DNA of 64,000 bases, taken from the sequence record SRR20825019_1641, one strand, 5' to 3'. Position numbers and translations under genes: made by a program. Position 1 is the first letter of the stretch; each line of letters opens with the position of its first letter. The notes beneath the pieces were generated by a model. The model had not been told where the DNA came from. It worked only from the letters and a program-made list of their open reading frames with translations, and did not search any database. Shown here piece after piece: positions 37,496 to 46,857 of this stretch.

Positions 37496-38128
37496 TCAGG
37501 CAGCTTTCAGCTTATCGATGGCAGCTACGATCGCGTCCGCGCCTTGCGCGCCCGAAAGTGCAGACTTGCCATCAAATATATAAAGCGGCACACCCTGCAC
37601 ACCCATGCGGCGGGCACCGTCGATATCTTGCCGCACCGTAACGATATCAGCGTCACCAGTCAGGAGATCGGCGACCAAAGCGCCGTCCATCCCTGCTTCT
37701 TCTGCGACTTCGCGCAGCAATGCATGGTCTCCAATGAATTTACTTTCCTCAAAGTAACGGCGCATCAACCCTTCAGCCACAGCTCCCTGCGCGCCCACTC
37801 CCACTGCCCAACGCAGAAGGCGGTGCGCATCCAACGTGTTGGCGATACGGCACTCGCTCTCAAAGTCGAAATTGATGCCGAGGTCCGAGCCCATGTCCCT
37901 CAGATGCTGGCGTGCGGCCTGGAACTGCGGGCTGTTGCCAAATTTTTTCGCGTAATAGGCGTTCCGGTCCACGCCTTCCGCCGGCGTTTCCGGTGACAAT
38001 TGATACGGGCGATACCGCACGTTTTCAACCGTACCGGGCCTCATGCTCTGTGCCCGGTCGAGCTGGCGCTTGCCCACAAAACACCATGGGCACACCACGT
38101 CGATCACCACATCTATATCCATCACCAA
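37496..38128 (-). CDS. DsbA/FrnE family oxidoreductase
   Basis: DVVCPWCFVGKR, NTLDAHRL, GVQGVP and SGAQ. Confidence 0.92.
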   Translation of the reverse strand: MVMDIDVVIDVVCPWCFVGKRQLDRAQSMRPGTVENVRYRPYQLSPETPAEGVDRNAYYAKKFGNSPQFQAARQHLRDMGSDLGINFDFESECRIANTLDAHRLLRWAVGVGAQGAVAEGLMRRYFEESKFIGDHALLREVAEEAGMDGALVADLLTGDADIVTVRQDIDGARRMGVQGVPLYIFDGKSALSGAQGADAIVAAIDKLKAA

Positions 38129-38247
38129 TCCCCTAAGCTTTCAAACCAATCTCTCCAAAACAGGAAAGATACAATTGTATATATTTCTTAAGAGGCATTT
38201 ATCAAAATCCGATGTATGATGACCATTGGTATTGGAGACCAAGTAAC

Positions 38248-38583
38248 GTGATCAAGGCACTGAACATCGCGAGCCAGGGAATGTTGCAAGCTGAAAAGCG
38301 GGCAACCGATATCGCGCGCGAAATCCTGAAGTCTTCAAGTGAGGCAACAAGCTTCTCAAGGGGGCTTGAAAGCGCCACACCTCACGCCACAAAAACCGTC
38401 ACAGATTCCGCCACACCCGACCACACTTATGGTAACAGTTCCACCACACATGCCCCGGGGTATTCAGACCTTTTGCAGCAGATGGTTGACCTGAAATCGG
38501 AAGAACATTCTTTCAAGGCAAACGCCAAAGCCTTCAAGCGCATTGATGAAACGCTCGGTTCCCTTCTCGACGACAAGGGCTGA
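38248..38583 (+). CDS. Small flagellar basal-body rod-like protein (N- and C-terminal D0 helices only)
   Basis: IKALNIASQGM N-terminus and DLLQQMVDL...FKANAK...DETLGSLLD C-terminus; GTG with a GGAG RBS. Confidence 0.7.
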   Translation: MIKALNIASQGMLQAEKRATDIAREILKSSSEATSFSRGLESATPHATKTVTDSATPDHTYGNSSTTHAPGYSDLLQQMVDLKSEEHSFKANAKAFKRIDETLGSLLDDKG

Positions 38584-38669
38584 TTTCAGCCATTTTTTGC
38601 CTGAAAACACACAGTATTTACCTGTTCACGCTCTAATGACTTGACGACAGCAACGCTTCATCCAACATT

Positions 38670-39704
38670 GTGGGCATGCCTGACAGCAAGCAAAATATAC
38701 CGGCAACACGGCCGCTCAAAGACCCGTTCGGGCGCAGTATCACTTACCTGCGCCTTTCGGTTACAGACCGGTGCGACCTGCGCTGTCGCTACTGTATGGC
38801 AGAAAACATGGTGTTTTTGCCAAAGCCGGACGTTTTGACCCTTGAAGAAATGCTTGGCCTTTCCCGGGCCTTTATGGAACGCGGTGTCAGACGCATTCGC
38901 CTTACAGGCGGCGAACCTCTTGTTCGCAAAGGTATTATCTGGCTCATCAATGCGCTTGGGGACGAGGTCAAGCGCGGAAACCTGGACGAGCTTACGCTGA
39001 CCACCAATGGCACGCAGCTCCCCCATATGGCGGAAGACCTAGCGCGCGCAGGCGTGAAACGCATCAATGTGTCGCTTGATACGCTGGATGCTGATCTCTT
39101 TAGCGAAATCACCCGCCGTAACCGATTGGCTGACGTTCTCAATGGCATCAAAGCGGCCAAAGCCGCGGGCTTGCAGGTTAAAATCAACACCGTCGCCCTT
39201 AAGGGCCAGAACGAAACTGAACTGCCTGCGCTTCTGGACTGGTGCATTGGTGAAGGCCTAGACCTCACCCTTATTGAGACCATGCCGCTCGGTGATGTGG
39301 CTGACGCGCGCGAGGACCAATATCTACCGCTGACGGACGTATTGCCTAAATTATTGAAAAAACATAACCTTAGCCCAAGCGGTCACCGCACCGGAGGCCC
39401 TGCCCGGTACTTTAACATTGAGGGCACAACGTCACGCCTTGGGCTTATCACCCCGCTCACCGGCAACTTTTGTGAAGGATGCAACCGGGTGCGGGTAACC
39501 TGTACCGGCCGCATCTATATGTGCCTTGGCCAGGATGATCATGTTGACCTGCGCGCAGCCATCCGCTCGGATAATCCGCAGGTGAACCTGAATACCGCGC
39601 TCGACAAAGCTATTGGCATAAAACCCAAGGGGCATGACTTTGCCATGAAGGGCGACCAGATGGTGGGTAAAGTCGGCCGACACATGAGCCAAACTGGCGG
39701 ATAA
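38670..39704 (+). CDS. moaA: GTP 3',8-cyclase (radical SAM)
   Basis: YLRLSVTDRCDLRCRYCM, RLTGGEP, FCEGCNRVR...C and a C-terminal GG. Confidence 0.97.
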   Translation: MGMPDSKQNIPATRPLKDPFGRSITYLRLSVTDRCDLRCRYCMAENMVFLPKPDVLTLEEMLGLSRAFMERGVRRIRLTGGEPLVRKGIIWLINALGDEVKRGNLDELTLTTNGTQLPHMAEDLARAGVKRINVSLDTLDADLFSEITRRNRLADVLNGIKAAKAAGLQVKINTVALKGQNETELPALLDWCIGEGLDLTLIETMPLGDVADAREDQYLPLTDVLPKLLKKHNLSPSGHRTGGPARYFNIEGTTSRLGLITPLTGNFCEGCNRVRVTCTGRIYMCLGQDDHVDLRAAIRSDNPQVNLNTALDKAIGIKPKGHDFAMKGDQMVGKVGRHMSQTGG

Positions 39705-39765
39705 AATCCACTCGCGCTAAAATTAAATTTCCCTATACTGCCATCCTACAAAGGGACGGAAGCTT

Positions 39766-40524
39766 ATGAAAATCGCCATTATCGCCAGTGAATTTGGCGA
39801 GGCAGCCCAAGCGGCGCAAACATTACGGAACCGGTATAAAGCCGTAGGCACCAAGGAAGCAGATGTGATTATCGCGCTTGGGGGCGATGGTTACATGTTG
39901 CAAACGCTGCACGCCTATATGGGGCGCGATGTGCCGATTTTTGGCATGAATAAAGGCACCGTCGGCTTTCTGATGAACGAATTTAACGAGCATGATCTTG
40001 TCGATCGGCTTGAGAAGGCTGAAAGTTATACGCTGCACCCACTTCGTATGCGCGCTACCCGCTGTGACGGTGAAGTAGTTGAATATTTGGCCGTAAACGA
40101 AGTTTCGCTCCTCCGGGAAACCCGGCAGGCAGCCAAAATTCGTATTTCGATTGATGGTAAGGTCCGCATGCCTGAACTTGTGGGGGACGGTGTGCTTGTG
40201 GCCACGCCCGCAGGCAGCACGGCTTACAACCTATCCGCCCACGGCCCTATCATCCCACTGGGTGCAGACCTGTTGGCCCTCACGCCACTTTCGGCTTTCA
40301 GGCCCCGGCGTTGGCGCGGCGCGCTGGTTCCTCATCATGTGTGTATTGCCTTCACCATCAACCAGCCGCAAAAACGACCGGTTTCTGCGGTGGCCGACAT
40401 GCACGAGGTGCGAGACGTTCGCCATGTTGTGGTTGAAGAAGCCCGCGACGTATCGCTGACCATCATGTTTGATCAGGAGCACACGCTGGCAGAGCGTATT
40501 TTCACCGAGCAGTTCGCCTACTAG
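39766..40524 (+). CDS. nadK: NAD kinase
   Basis: LGGDG, GFLMN, NEVS and [22 protein letters not shown]. Confidence 0.96.
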   Translation: MKIAIIASEFGEAAQAAQTLRNRYKAVGTKEADVIIALGGDGYMLQTLHAYMGRDVPIFGMNKGTVGFLMNEFNEHDLVDRLEKAESYTLHPLRMRATRCDGEVVEYLAVNEVSLLRETRQAAKIRISIDGKVRMPELVGDGVLVATPAGSTAYNLSAHGPIIPLGADLLALTPLSAFRPRRWRGALVPHHVCIAFTINQPQKRPVSAVADMHEVRDVRHVVVEEARDVSLTIMFDQEHTLAERIFTEQFAY

Positions 40525-40609
40525 AGCACACATCTTGTCGCTTTTATGCGGACTCCGCTGCCTCAAACGCGTTAGCGAGAGGCGGTTCACAATTCAGGGG
40601 GAACTGAAA

Positions 40610-42115
40610 TTGAATAAACTCCATAAAATTCTGGCCAGTCTGACGCTGGTCAGCTTCATCGCGTTACCGTCATGGGCGGACGATGAAAAAAACAAATCCG
40701 CACCGGTAGAGCCGGTAAAAACCTATGAGGTTGAGAAATCAGGCACTTTTGGCGGCACCAAGCTTCGCTATAAGGCCATTGCGGGTGAAACTCACCTCAA
40801 GAACGAAAAGGGCGAAGAAACCGCCGCCATCTTCTCGGTTACTTACCTGCGCACAGACGTCAAGAATAACGCCGAACGGCCGGTTTTCTTCATCTTTAAC
40901 GGTGGTCCGGGCTCCGCAAGCCTATGGCTGCACCTTGGCGTCTATGGACCTATGCGAGTTGCCGTTCCATCCGAAGCAGAAGATGACGGTGCCGCGCCTT
41001 TCCGCCTCGTTGATAACGAGCTGTCCATTCTGGATGTCGCGGACATGGTTTTCATCGACCCTGTGGGCACTGGTTACAGCCGTGCCATTGGCAAGGGTGA
41101 AGGCAAGGACTTCTGGGGCATTGAGAATGACGCCAAGTCCATTGCCGAGTTCATCCGGCTTTGGCTGGTTAAAAACAAGCGCTGGAACAGCCCCAAATAT
41201 CTATCAGGCGAGAGCTACGGCACCACACGCGCTGCAGCCCTTCTAGACCAACTGCAAGGCAGCTGGGCTGATATCGCTGTAAACGGCGTGGTGTTCATCT
41301 CGTCAATCCTCGACTTCCAGACAGCGCGCTACCAGCCAGGCAACGATACGCCGTATATCTCCTACCTACCGACCATGGCCGCCACGGCGTGGTACCACGG
41401 CAAGGTAGATAAAAGCGGCCGCACACTTGAAGGTTTCCTTGATGAGGTTCGCGCCTTCACGCTTGGCGAATACGCCAGCGCGCTTGTACAGGGCAACCGC
41501 CTGTCAGACGATGCCTTCAACGCCACGGCGGAGAAAGTTGCCGCCTATACCGGCCTGAAGCTTCAGTATGTGAAGAACGCAAACCTGCGGATCAACAACA
41601 TGCGCTTCATGAAAGAGCTGCTTCGTGATGAAGGATTTGTAACCGGCCGCCTGGACAGTCGCTACAAGGGCCGCGACTATGAAGGCACTGGCGATACCTT
41701 TGATGGTGACCCTTCAGGCTACGGCATTGATGCGGCATACACGGCGGGCATCAACCACTATCTGCAAACAGAACTTGGCGTGGATATCGAGCGCAAATAT
41801 GAGGTGCTCTCAGGTGTCCCTGGGCGGCACTGGTCAGAGCCACGCAAACGCGGCTACAGCGAAGGTTACCCTAACGTCGCGCCTCACGTAGGCGAAGCCA
41901 TGCGGGAAAACAAAGACTTCCGCGCCTTGCTGGCAAGTGGCTATTATGATCTTGCAACGCCGTTTTTTGCGTCCGAAAACACCTTCAACGCCAACGGCAT
42001 TGATACAAGCCGGGTTACCTTCACGTATTATGAGAGCGGCCACATGATGTATGTGCATGAGCCTTCGCTTGAAAAACTGGTGAAAGATATCCGCGACTTT
42101 ATCAAAGGCAACTAG
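40610..42115 (+). CDS. Secreted S10 family serine carboxypeptidase
   Basis: FNGGPGSAS, IDPVGTGYS, GESYG, GYYDLATP and GHMMY; signal peptide from the TTG at 40610. Confidence 0.92.
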   Translation: MNKLHKILASLTLVSFIALPSWADDEKNKSAPVEPVKTYEVEKSGTFGGTKLRYKAIAGETHLKNEKGEETAAIFSVTYLRTDVKNNAERPVFFIFNGGPGSASLWLHLGVYGPMRVAVPSEAEDDGAAPFRLVDNELSILDVADMVFIDPVGTGYSRAIGKGEGKDFWGIENDAKSIAEFIRLWLVKNKRWNSPKYLSGESYGTTRAAALLDQLQGSWADIAVNGVVFISSILDFQTARYQPGNDTPYISYLPTMAATAWYHGKVDKSGRTLEGFLDEVRAFTLGEYASALVQGNRLSDDAFNATAEKVAAYTGLKLQYVKNANLRINNMRFMKELLRDEGFVTGRLDSRYKGRDYEGTGDTFDGDPSGYGIDAAYTAGINHYLQTELGVDIERKYEVLSGVPGRHWSEPRKRGYSEGYPNVAPHVGEAMRENKDFRALLASGYYDLATPFFASENTFNANGIDTSRVTFTYYESGHMMYVHEPSLEKLVKDIRDFIKGN

Positions 42116-42121
42116 GCTAAA

Positions 42122-42159
42122 TAAAATTGGGGCGCCGCACTTATGCGCTGGCGCCCCAA
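42122..42159 (-). terminator. Terminator hairpin between convergent genes
   Basis: TTGGGGCGCC...GGCGCCCCAA with a T-rich tail on the minus strand. Confidence 0.65.
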
Positions 42160-42188
42160 CTCCCGTCCCGAATTTTTCCGGGTTTATA

Positions 42189-43898
42189 TTAGATAAAGTC
42201 TGTGTCTTTGGTCGTGCCGTCCGCCAACGGAAGCGTCACCGTAAAGCGGCTTCCCTGCCCCACCACACTTTGAAGCGAGATATCACCGCCCATCTTGCGC
42301 GCAAGCTCGCGGCTGATATGCAGGCCTAGCCCCGTACCCTCTTGGCTGCGGGAATAGATATGCTCGGTTACCTGATGGAACTTCTCAAACACATGTTCCA
42401 CATGCTCTTCAGAAATACCGATGCCACTATCCCATACCGTTACCGTCACCTGCCCCGCAGACGCATTGACAGAAACGTCAGCGCCGATCTGGCCACCTTC
42501 AGGTGTGAACTTCACGGCGTTAGACAAAAGATTCACAAATATCTGCGTCGTGCGGCGGTCATCCACCTGCACCATAGCGTCGGTTGCAACTTCAAGCGCT
42601 GAGATATCGAGCTTTTTCCTAGCGGCAGCATCCTTGTTCATCTGTACCGCTTTAGTCAAAATCTGCTCAACAGGCAGCTCGTCGATTGAGAGCGACAGTC
42701 CGCCGCTTTCGATCACCGCCACATCCAGAATATCGTTGATCAGTCCAAGAAGATGCTGGCCTGATTTACGGATATCTGTTGCATAAGCCATGTAGGAGTT
42801 ATCGAGCGCACCAAACGTCTCATGCTCAAAAGCTTCCGCAAAACCAATGATCGCGTTGAGCGGTGTACGCAGTTCATGGCTCATGGCGGCCAGAAATTCG
42901 TTTTTGGCCCGCAGCGCGCTTGTTGCCTGCACAGTAGCTTCATCAAGCGCCATGTTCTTGCGGGTCAGTTCCTTAAGTAAGGTCTCAAGGTTGTGACGAA
43001 TATGATCGGCTTCCGCAGCTTGTTTATAGCGTGCGGTAACATCCATACCTACGCCGCGATACCCGCGGAAATCACCACTCTGGCGATCAAAAACCGGCAC
43101 AGCCGACAAGTGAAACTTCAGTTCCTCACCGCTTGGTTCGGAAATGACAAAAAGCTGCTCGCGAAACGGTTTGCGAGATTTGATCGATTGCGCACCGTCG
43201 AGCTTGCCTTCAAGGTTATGCTCAAAACGGCCAAACTGCTCAAAACGGGACCCAATGAAAAGCGATGCAGGCTGGCCCACTATTGCTGTAAAGCGGTCAG
43301 AAAGTGAACGGATACGCAGGTCTGCGTCACACTCGAAAAACCAGTCAGAACTCGCGCGGGCGAAGTCCTGAAAACGTGCCTGCGTGCGGTTGGCTTCTTC
43401 AATACCCCGTACCTGAGCTGTAACATCTTCATATGTGCCTGCAACGGCGACAACATCACCGCGCTCGTTGCGCACAGGCGTATGCCGCCCGAGGAAAATA
43501 CGATCATGGCCGCCAATGCGTACAATCTCTTCCGCACGCACGGTTGTGTCACTTGCCAGAACATCGTCAATCACAGGTTTAAGGGATGGCACCATGAAAC
43601 GGCCTGCAAGTGCAGCTTCGCCTGGAGCAAGCGTGATATCACCCAGCGCCTTATCAAGCGTGCGGTAGTGATCGTTCACATGCATCACGGTTCCATCAAG
43701 GGAACACACATAAAATGGCAGCGATTCGTCAACCAGTATGCGGGCAACAAGCCCTAGCACCTGCTCATTCGCTGGTGTAAAACGCGGTTCAGCACGACTG
43801 ATGGAGGCCCCAAAAGCCCCTTCAGCATTCTCGCCGCCCCCGCGACGGCCAGCAAGGTCTACAACCTTCTGGTCCTCCAGCTGATTTTCCAGTTTCAT
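42189..43898 (-). CDS. Cytoplasmic PAS-domain histidine kinase of the PleC/DivJ (PdhS-like) group
   Basis: Two PAS domains, H-box FLAAMSHELRTPLNAIIGF, NLLSNAVKFT, DSGIGI and GTGLGL. Confidence 0.9.
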   Translation of the reverse strand: MKLENQLEDQKVVDLAGRRGGGENAEGAFGASISRAEPRFTPANEQVLGLVARILVDESLPFYVCSLDGTVMHVNDHYRTLDKALGDITLAPGEAALAGRFMVPSLKPVIDDVLASDTTVRAEEIVRIGGHDRIFLGRHTPVRNERGDVVAVAGTYEDVTAQVRGIEEANRTQARFQDFARASSDWFFECDADLRIRSLSDRFTAIVGQPASLFIGSRFEQFGRFEHNLEGKLDGAQSIKSRKPFREQLFVISEPSGEELKFHLSAVPVFDRQSGDFRGYRGVGMDVTARYKQAAEADHIRHNLETLLKELTRKNMALDEATVQATSALRAKNEFLAAMSHELRTPLNAIIGFAEAFEHETFGALDNSYMAYATDIRKSGQHLLGLINDILDVAVIESGGLSLSIDELPVEQILTKAVQMNKDAAARKKLDISALEVATDAMVQVDDRRTTQIFVNLLSNAVKFTPEGGQIGADVSVNASAGQVTVTVWDSGIGISEEHVEHVFEKFHQVTEHIYSRSQEGTGLGLHISRELARKMGGDISLQSVVGQGSRFTVTLPLADGTTKDTDFI

Positions 43899-43944
43899 TC
43901 AGGTTTCCTCCCGAGCGTGCCCCTATGCCCCTATAGGCTTGGCA

Positions 43945-45066
43945 TCACCCCACCTTCTCTAGTTCTTCAATTGCCTCTTGATAGGCGTTATCCCGTTGCC
44001 AAACCTGAAGCGCCCCCTTGGCGTTGGCCTCAGAAGTGGCATCAAACAGCGCCAATATGTCTTTCAACACGCCGGGGGACTTAGCCGCCCCGCCCTCGCG
44101 TGCCTGAACAACAAGCAAATAGATATTGGTAAACTGGTTCCGGTCGATCCCCACCGCTTTGGCAAGGATGGCAAAACTTTCACCGCCCTTGTCGGTAAAG
44201 ATGCGCCATGCTGTACGGAAATTCACACCGCCGAGCTCAGCCAAACCCGCCACAAATACGGCAACCCGCTGCTGGCGTAGTGAATTCACCAGAAACTGGA
44301 TTGTCAGCTCACCATTTTCGACCATACGACGTACAAGCTTTTGTGCCCGCACATAAGCGCTTTGCTCGTCACCCTGATCCACGAGCACCGTGCTGGCTGC
44401 GCGCCGCACCGCCTGCTCGAACAACATCGGATCAACCTCATAATCAGAGAGAATGCGCTTCCGAAGGGCTGCGGACACCCACCAATACATGCGGTACGCC
44501 AGGTCCCCCGGCAGGTCGGAGCGCTGCAGAAGCGGTTCCTGAAACCGGTCAACGCGGCGCGATTCCGCCACCAGATACTCCATAGCTCGCTTGGATATCT
44601 GGGTATCGTGATTGTTCAGCAGTGTCTCGATAACGTCTTCGCTGCCATATTCAACAAGCGCATTGCTCACCTGCTCGGAGACATCTTCCCGCATGGCGAT
44701 TGCCATCCGGTGTTCATCCGTGCGCATCCGTATGATTTCGATAAGGTCTGGATCTTTCAAAAGGGCGCTCCGTTCCAAGAGTGGCCGGGCAATTTCAATG
44801 TCGTCGTTTGCAAGCATCTTCGCGATTTCAGGCAACTCCACGCCGGATAGAGATAGAGAGCTTGAAAGCTCCTTCCTGATATCCGTCTCCACCTGGCTTA
44901 CAAGCTTGCCGAGGATGTCAGACATCAATGCACGCTCGTGTTCGCTCAGACGGCCATCGTCCGACAGAAAAAGGTCTGTAATATTCTCTACAAGGCGTGC
45001 ACGTCCCTCCGAGGATTTATTCCTCGCCAACAGCAACAGCTCTTGCAGTTCCTTACTGACCAACAA
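43945..45066 (-). CDS. DUF2336 family protein
   Basis: LANDDIEIARPLL..S.LL...DL and H..AIA.R patterns. Confidence 0.85.
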   Translation of the reverse strand: MLVSKELQELLLLARNKSSEGRARLVENITDLFLSDDGRLSEHERALMSDILGKLVSQVETDIRKELSSSLSLSGVELPEIAKMLANDDIEIARPLLERSALLKDPDLIEIIRMRTDEHRMAIAMREDVSEQVSNALVEYGSEDVIETLLNNHDTQISKRAMEYLVAESRRVDRFQEPLLQRSDLPGDLAYRMYWWVSAALRKRILSDYEVDPMLFEQAVRRAASTVLVDQGDEQSAYVRAQKLVRRMVENGELTIQFLVNSLRQQRVAVFVAGLAELGGVNFRTAWRIFTDKGGESFAILAKAVGIDRNQFTNIYLLVVQAREGGAAKSPGVLKDILALFDATSEANAKGALQVWQRDNAYQEAIEELEKVG

Positions 45067-45155
45067 CCGTCTCCCGGTAAATTCTGGTACAAGTTGTTAC
45101 ACTCGCGTGACCAAGAAAAACCTGGCCGAAAACCCCTAGCAGAAATAAGAATATA

Positions 45156-45300
45156 GAATCTTAACTAAGAATCAACACCTTACAAGAGATACTTAATCCT
45201 GCACCCGGCAAAACATTGCCCAAAACACTATATATCGAATCACAATGATTCGCAGAGTCAACATATAGCGATTCGAGAGTCGCATTTTTTTTGCCGACTC
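45156..45300. promoter_or_regulatory. Cluster of 8 GANTC (CcrM) sites with a CtrA-like box
   Basis: GANTC at 45156, 45169, 45237, 45247, 45255, 45270, 45277 and 45296; TTAA-N7-TCAAC at 45161-45176. Confidence 0.7.
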
Positions 45301-45350
45301 GGAAGAGAATTATCATCTGTTTGGGTAAAAAGCAGGTAAATGGCTGAATT

Positions 45351-45854
45351 TTAGGGGATTGGCGTCAGTGTTGCCCAGTTGCCATCAATATAACAAAGTG
45401 GGTCTGCGACATCTATATCTGCTGCTCGAATTGTCTCGATATTGCCGATCACAATGGCATGGCTGCCAGCGTCCAGGATGCTTTCAACCGAGCAATCAAA
45501 ACTGACAAGTGCGCTTTCAAGTAGTGGTGCGCCGCTAACACTCGTGAGCCACTCACCGTCGTTAAAGCGCTCTGTCTCCGGCTCACCATTCAGGCCCGCA
45601 AACCGCATGGCAAGCGCCTGATGCTGCCGCCCAAGTACGTTGACACCCAAAGTTCTGCCCTTGGATACGATGTCGTAGGTCACGCCCTGACGGTTGATGC
45701 AGGCAAGGAGGCGCGGAGGTTCTGCTGATAGGGACGTGACGGCCGTGGCCGTTAATCCGGCCCAGATATCACCATCTGCCGCAGTAACAATATTTACCGC
45801 ACCACCAAGGCGGCGCATCCCATTGCGAAACTCATCGGCAGAAACCGGCATCAT
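45351..45854 (-). CDS. Flavin reductase family protein
   Basis: FRNGMRRL, GLTATAVTSLSAEPP, GAPLL and GSHAIVIG. Confidence 0.92.
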   Translation of the reverse strand: MMPVSADEFRNGMRRLGGAVNIVTAADGDIWAGLTATAVTSLSAEPPRLLACINRQGVTYDIVSKGRTLGVNVLGRQHQALAMRFAGLNGEPETERFNDGEWLTSVSGAPLLESALVSFDCSVESILDAGSHAIVIGNIETIRAADIDVADPLCYIDGNWATLTPIP

Positions 45855-45925
45855 ACATCCTCAAACTTGCAGGATGCCCAATCTATCCTGAGGAGCAGGA
45901 ATTGCAACGCCGTTCGGTCGTTTCT

Positions 45926-46846
45926 TTACAGGAAGTTGAGAAGGGACAGCTGCGACAGCGACCCAATAGCGCGGTAAGATGCCTCAAGCGCAATCTGATC
46001 ATTGTTGAGGCGCGTCACGGCTTCCGCGATATCCACATCCTCCAGATCAGAAATGAAGGTCTCAAGAAACACCGCTGTATCCGCGTGCTGGTCATCCACC
46101 ACCTCAAGGCGTTCATAGGCGAGACCATTGGACACATGGATCTGACGCAGGTTGTCGATCGCGGTATCGATTGATGCCAACTGCCCCTGAAGGAAGGTAA
46201 ATTGGGCTTGCGACAGCTCGCCTTGCAGTTCCTCGGTATTCTCGTCAAAATCATAAAGGTCGAGCATTTCCTGAAAGATACCACCCGCGACATCATCGGC
46301 CAGCAAACCAAACTCAAGATCGACCCCATCGGCGATGCGCGCCTCAAAGGCGACATTCCCGTTGTCAAACGCTTCAGCAACCGACCCAAGGCCAGCCAAC
46401 TCCTGCAAATCCGCCACATTCACAGGCTGAGAGCCTGTTTTTGCACCCGAAAACAGATAGGTCCCGTCAAAGTTGGTGTTGAGCGAGTTGACCACAAACT
46501 TGAAAGTCTGCCCCAACATTTCCGAGAAACCCTCCGCCTGCCCATTTGCAAGCGTGGTCTGAATGGTTTCTTTCAGCTTGTCCATGGCACCTAGAACGCC
46601 TTCAAGCTGCACATCATTGGCATCAAGCTTGCCGCGAATGGTAGCAATTGTCTGCTGGTAGGTATCCACGCGTGATTTGAAGGAGCGGGCACCAAGCACC
46701 GTACCAGTTTCACCCGCCAAACCACGGTATTCGTCGGTTTTTTTGCCGGTTGCAATCTGGCGCTGGCCGTCAAACAGCTTTTGCTGGTTGTTCATGATGC
46801 TTCTGATCAGAAGCTGTTGTTGCCCAAAAGAAGAAACTCGAACCAT
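45926..46846 (-). CDS. flgL: Flagellar hook-filament junction protein FlgL
   Basis: QIATGKK, GTYLFSG, DVDIAEA and LSLLNFL; downstream of flgK. Confidence 0.88.
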   Translation of the reverse strand: MVRVSSFGQQQLLIRSIMNNQQKLFDGQRQIATGKKTDEYRGLAGETGTVLGARSFKSRVDTYQQTIATIRGKLDANDVQLEGVLGAMDKLKETIQTTLANGQAEGFSEMLGQTFKFVVNSLNTNFDGTYLFSGAKTGSQPVNVADLQELAGLGSVAEAFDNGNVAFEARIADGVDLEFGLLADDVAGGIFQEMLDLYDFDENTEELQGELSQAQFTFLQGQLASIDTAIDNLRQIHVSNGLAYERLEVVDDQHADTAVFLETFISDLEDVDIAEAVTRLNNDQIALEASYRAIGSLSQLSLLNFL

Positions 46847-46857
46847 CTATCTTCTCC

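Noticed and set aside
37315-37641. Pro-rich 108-aa ORF, and 36940-37452 on the minus strand, across the hairpin array
   Set aside because: The composition simply reflects the C-rich loops, there is no good RBS, and both overlap real genes.
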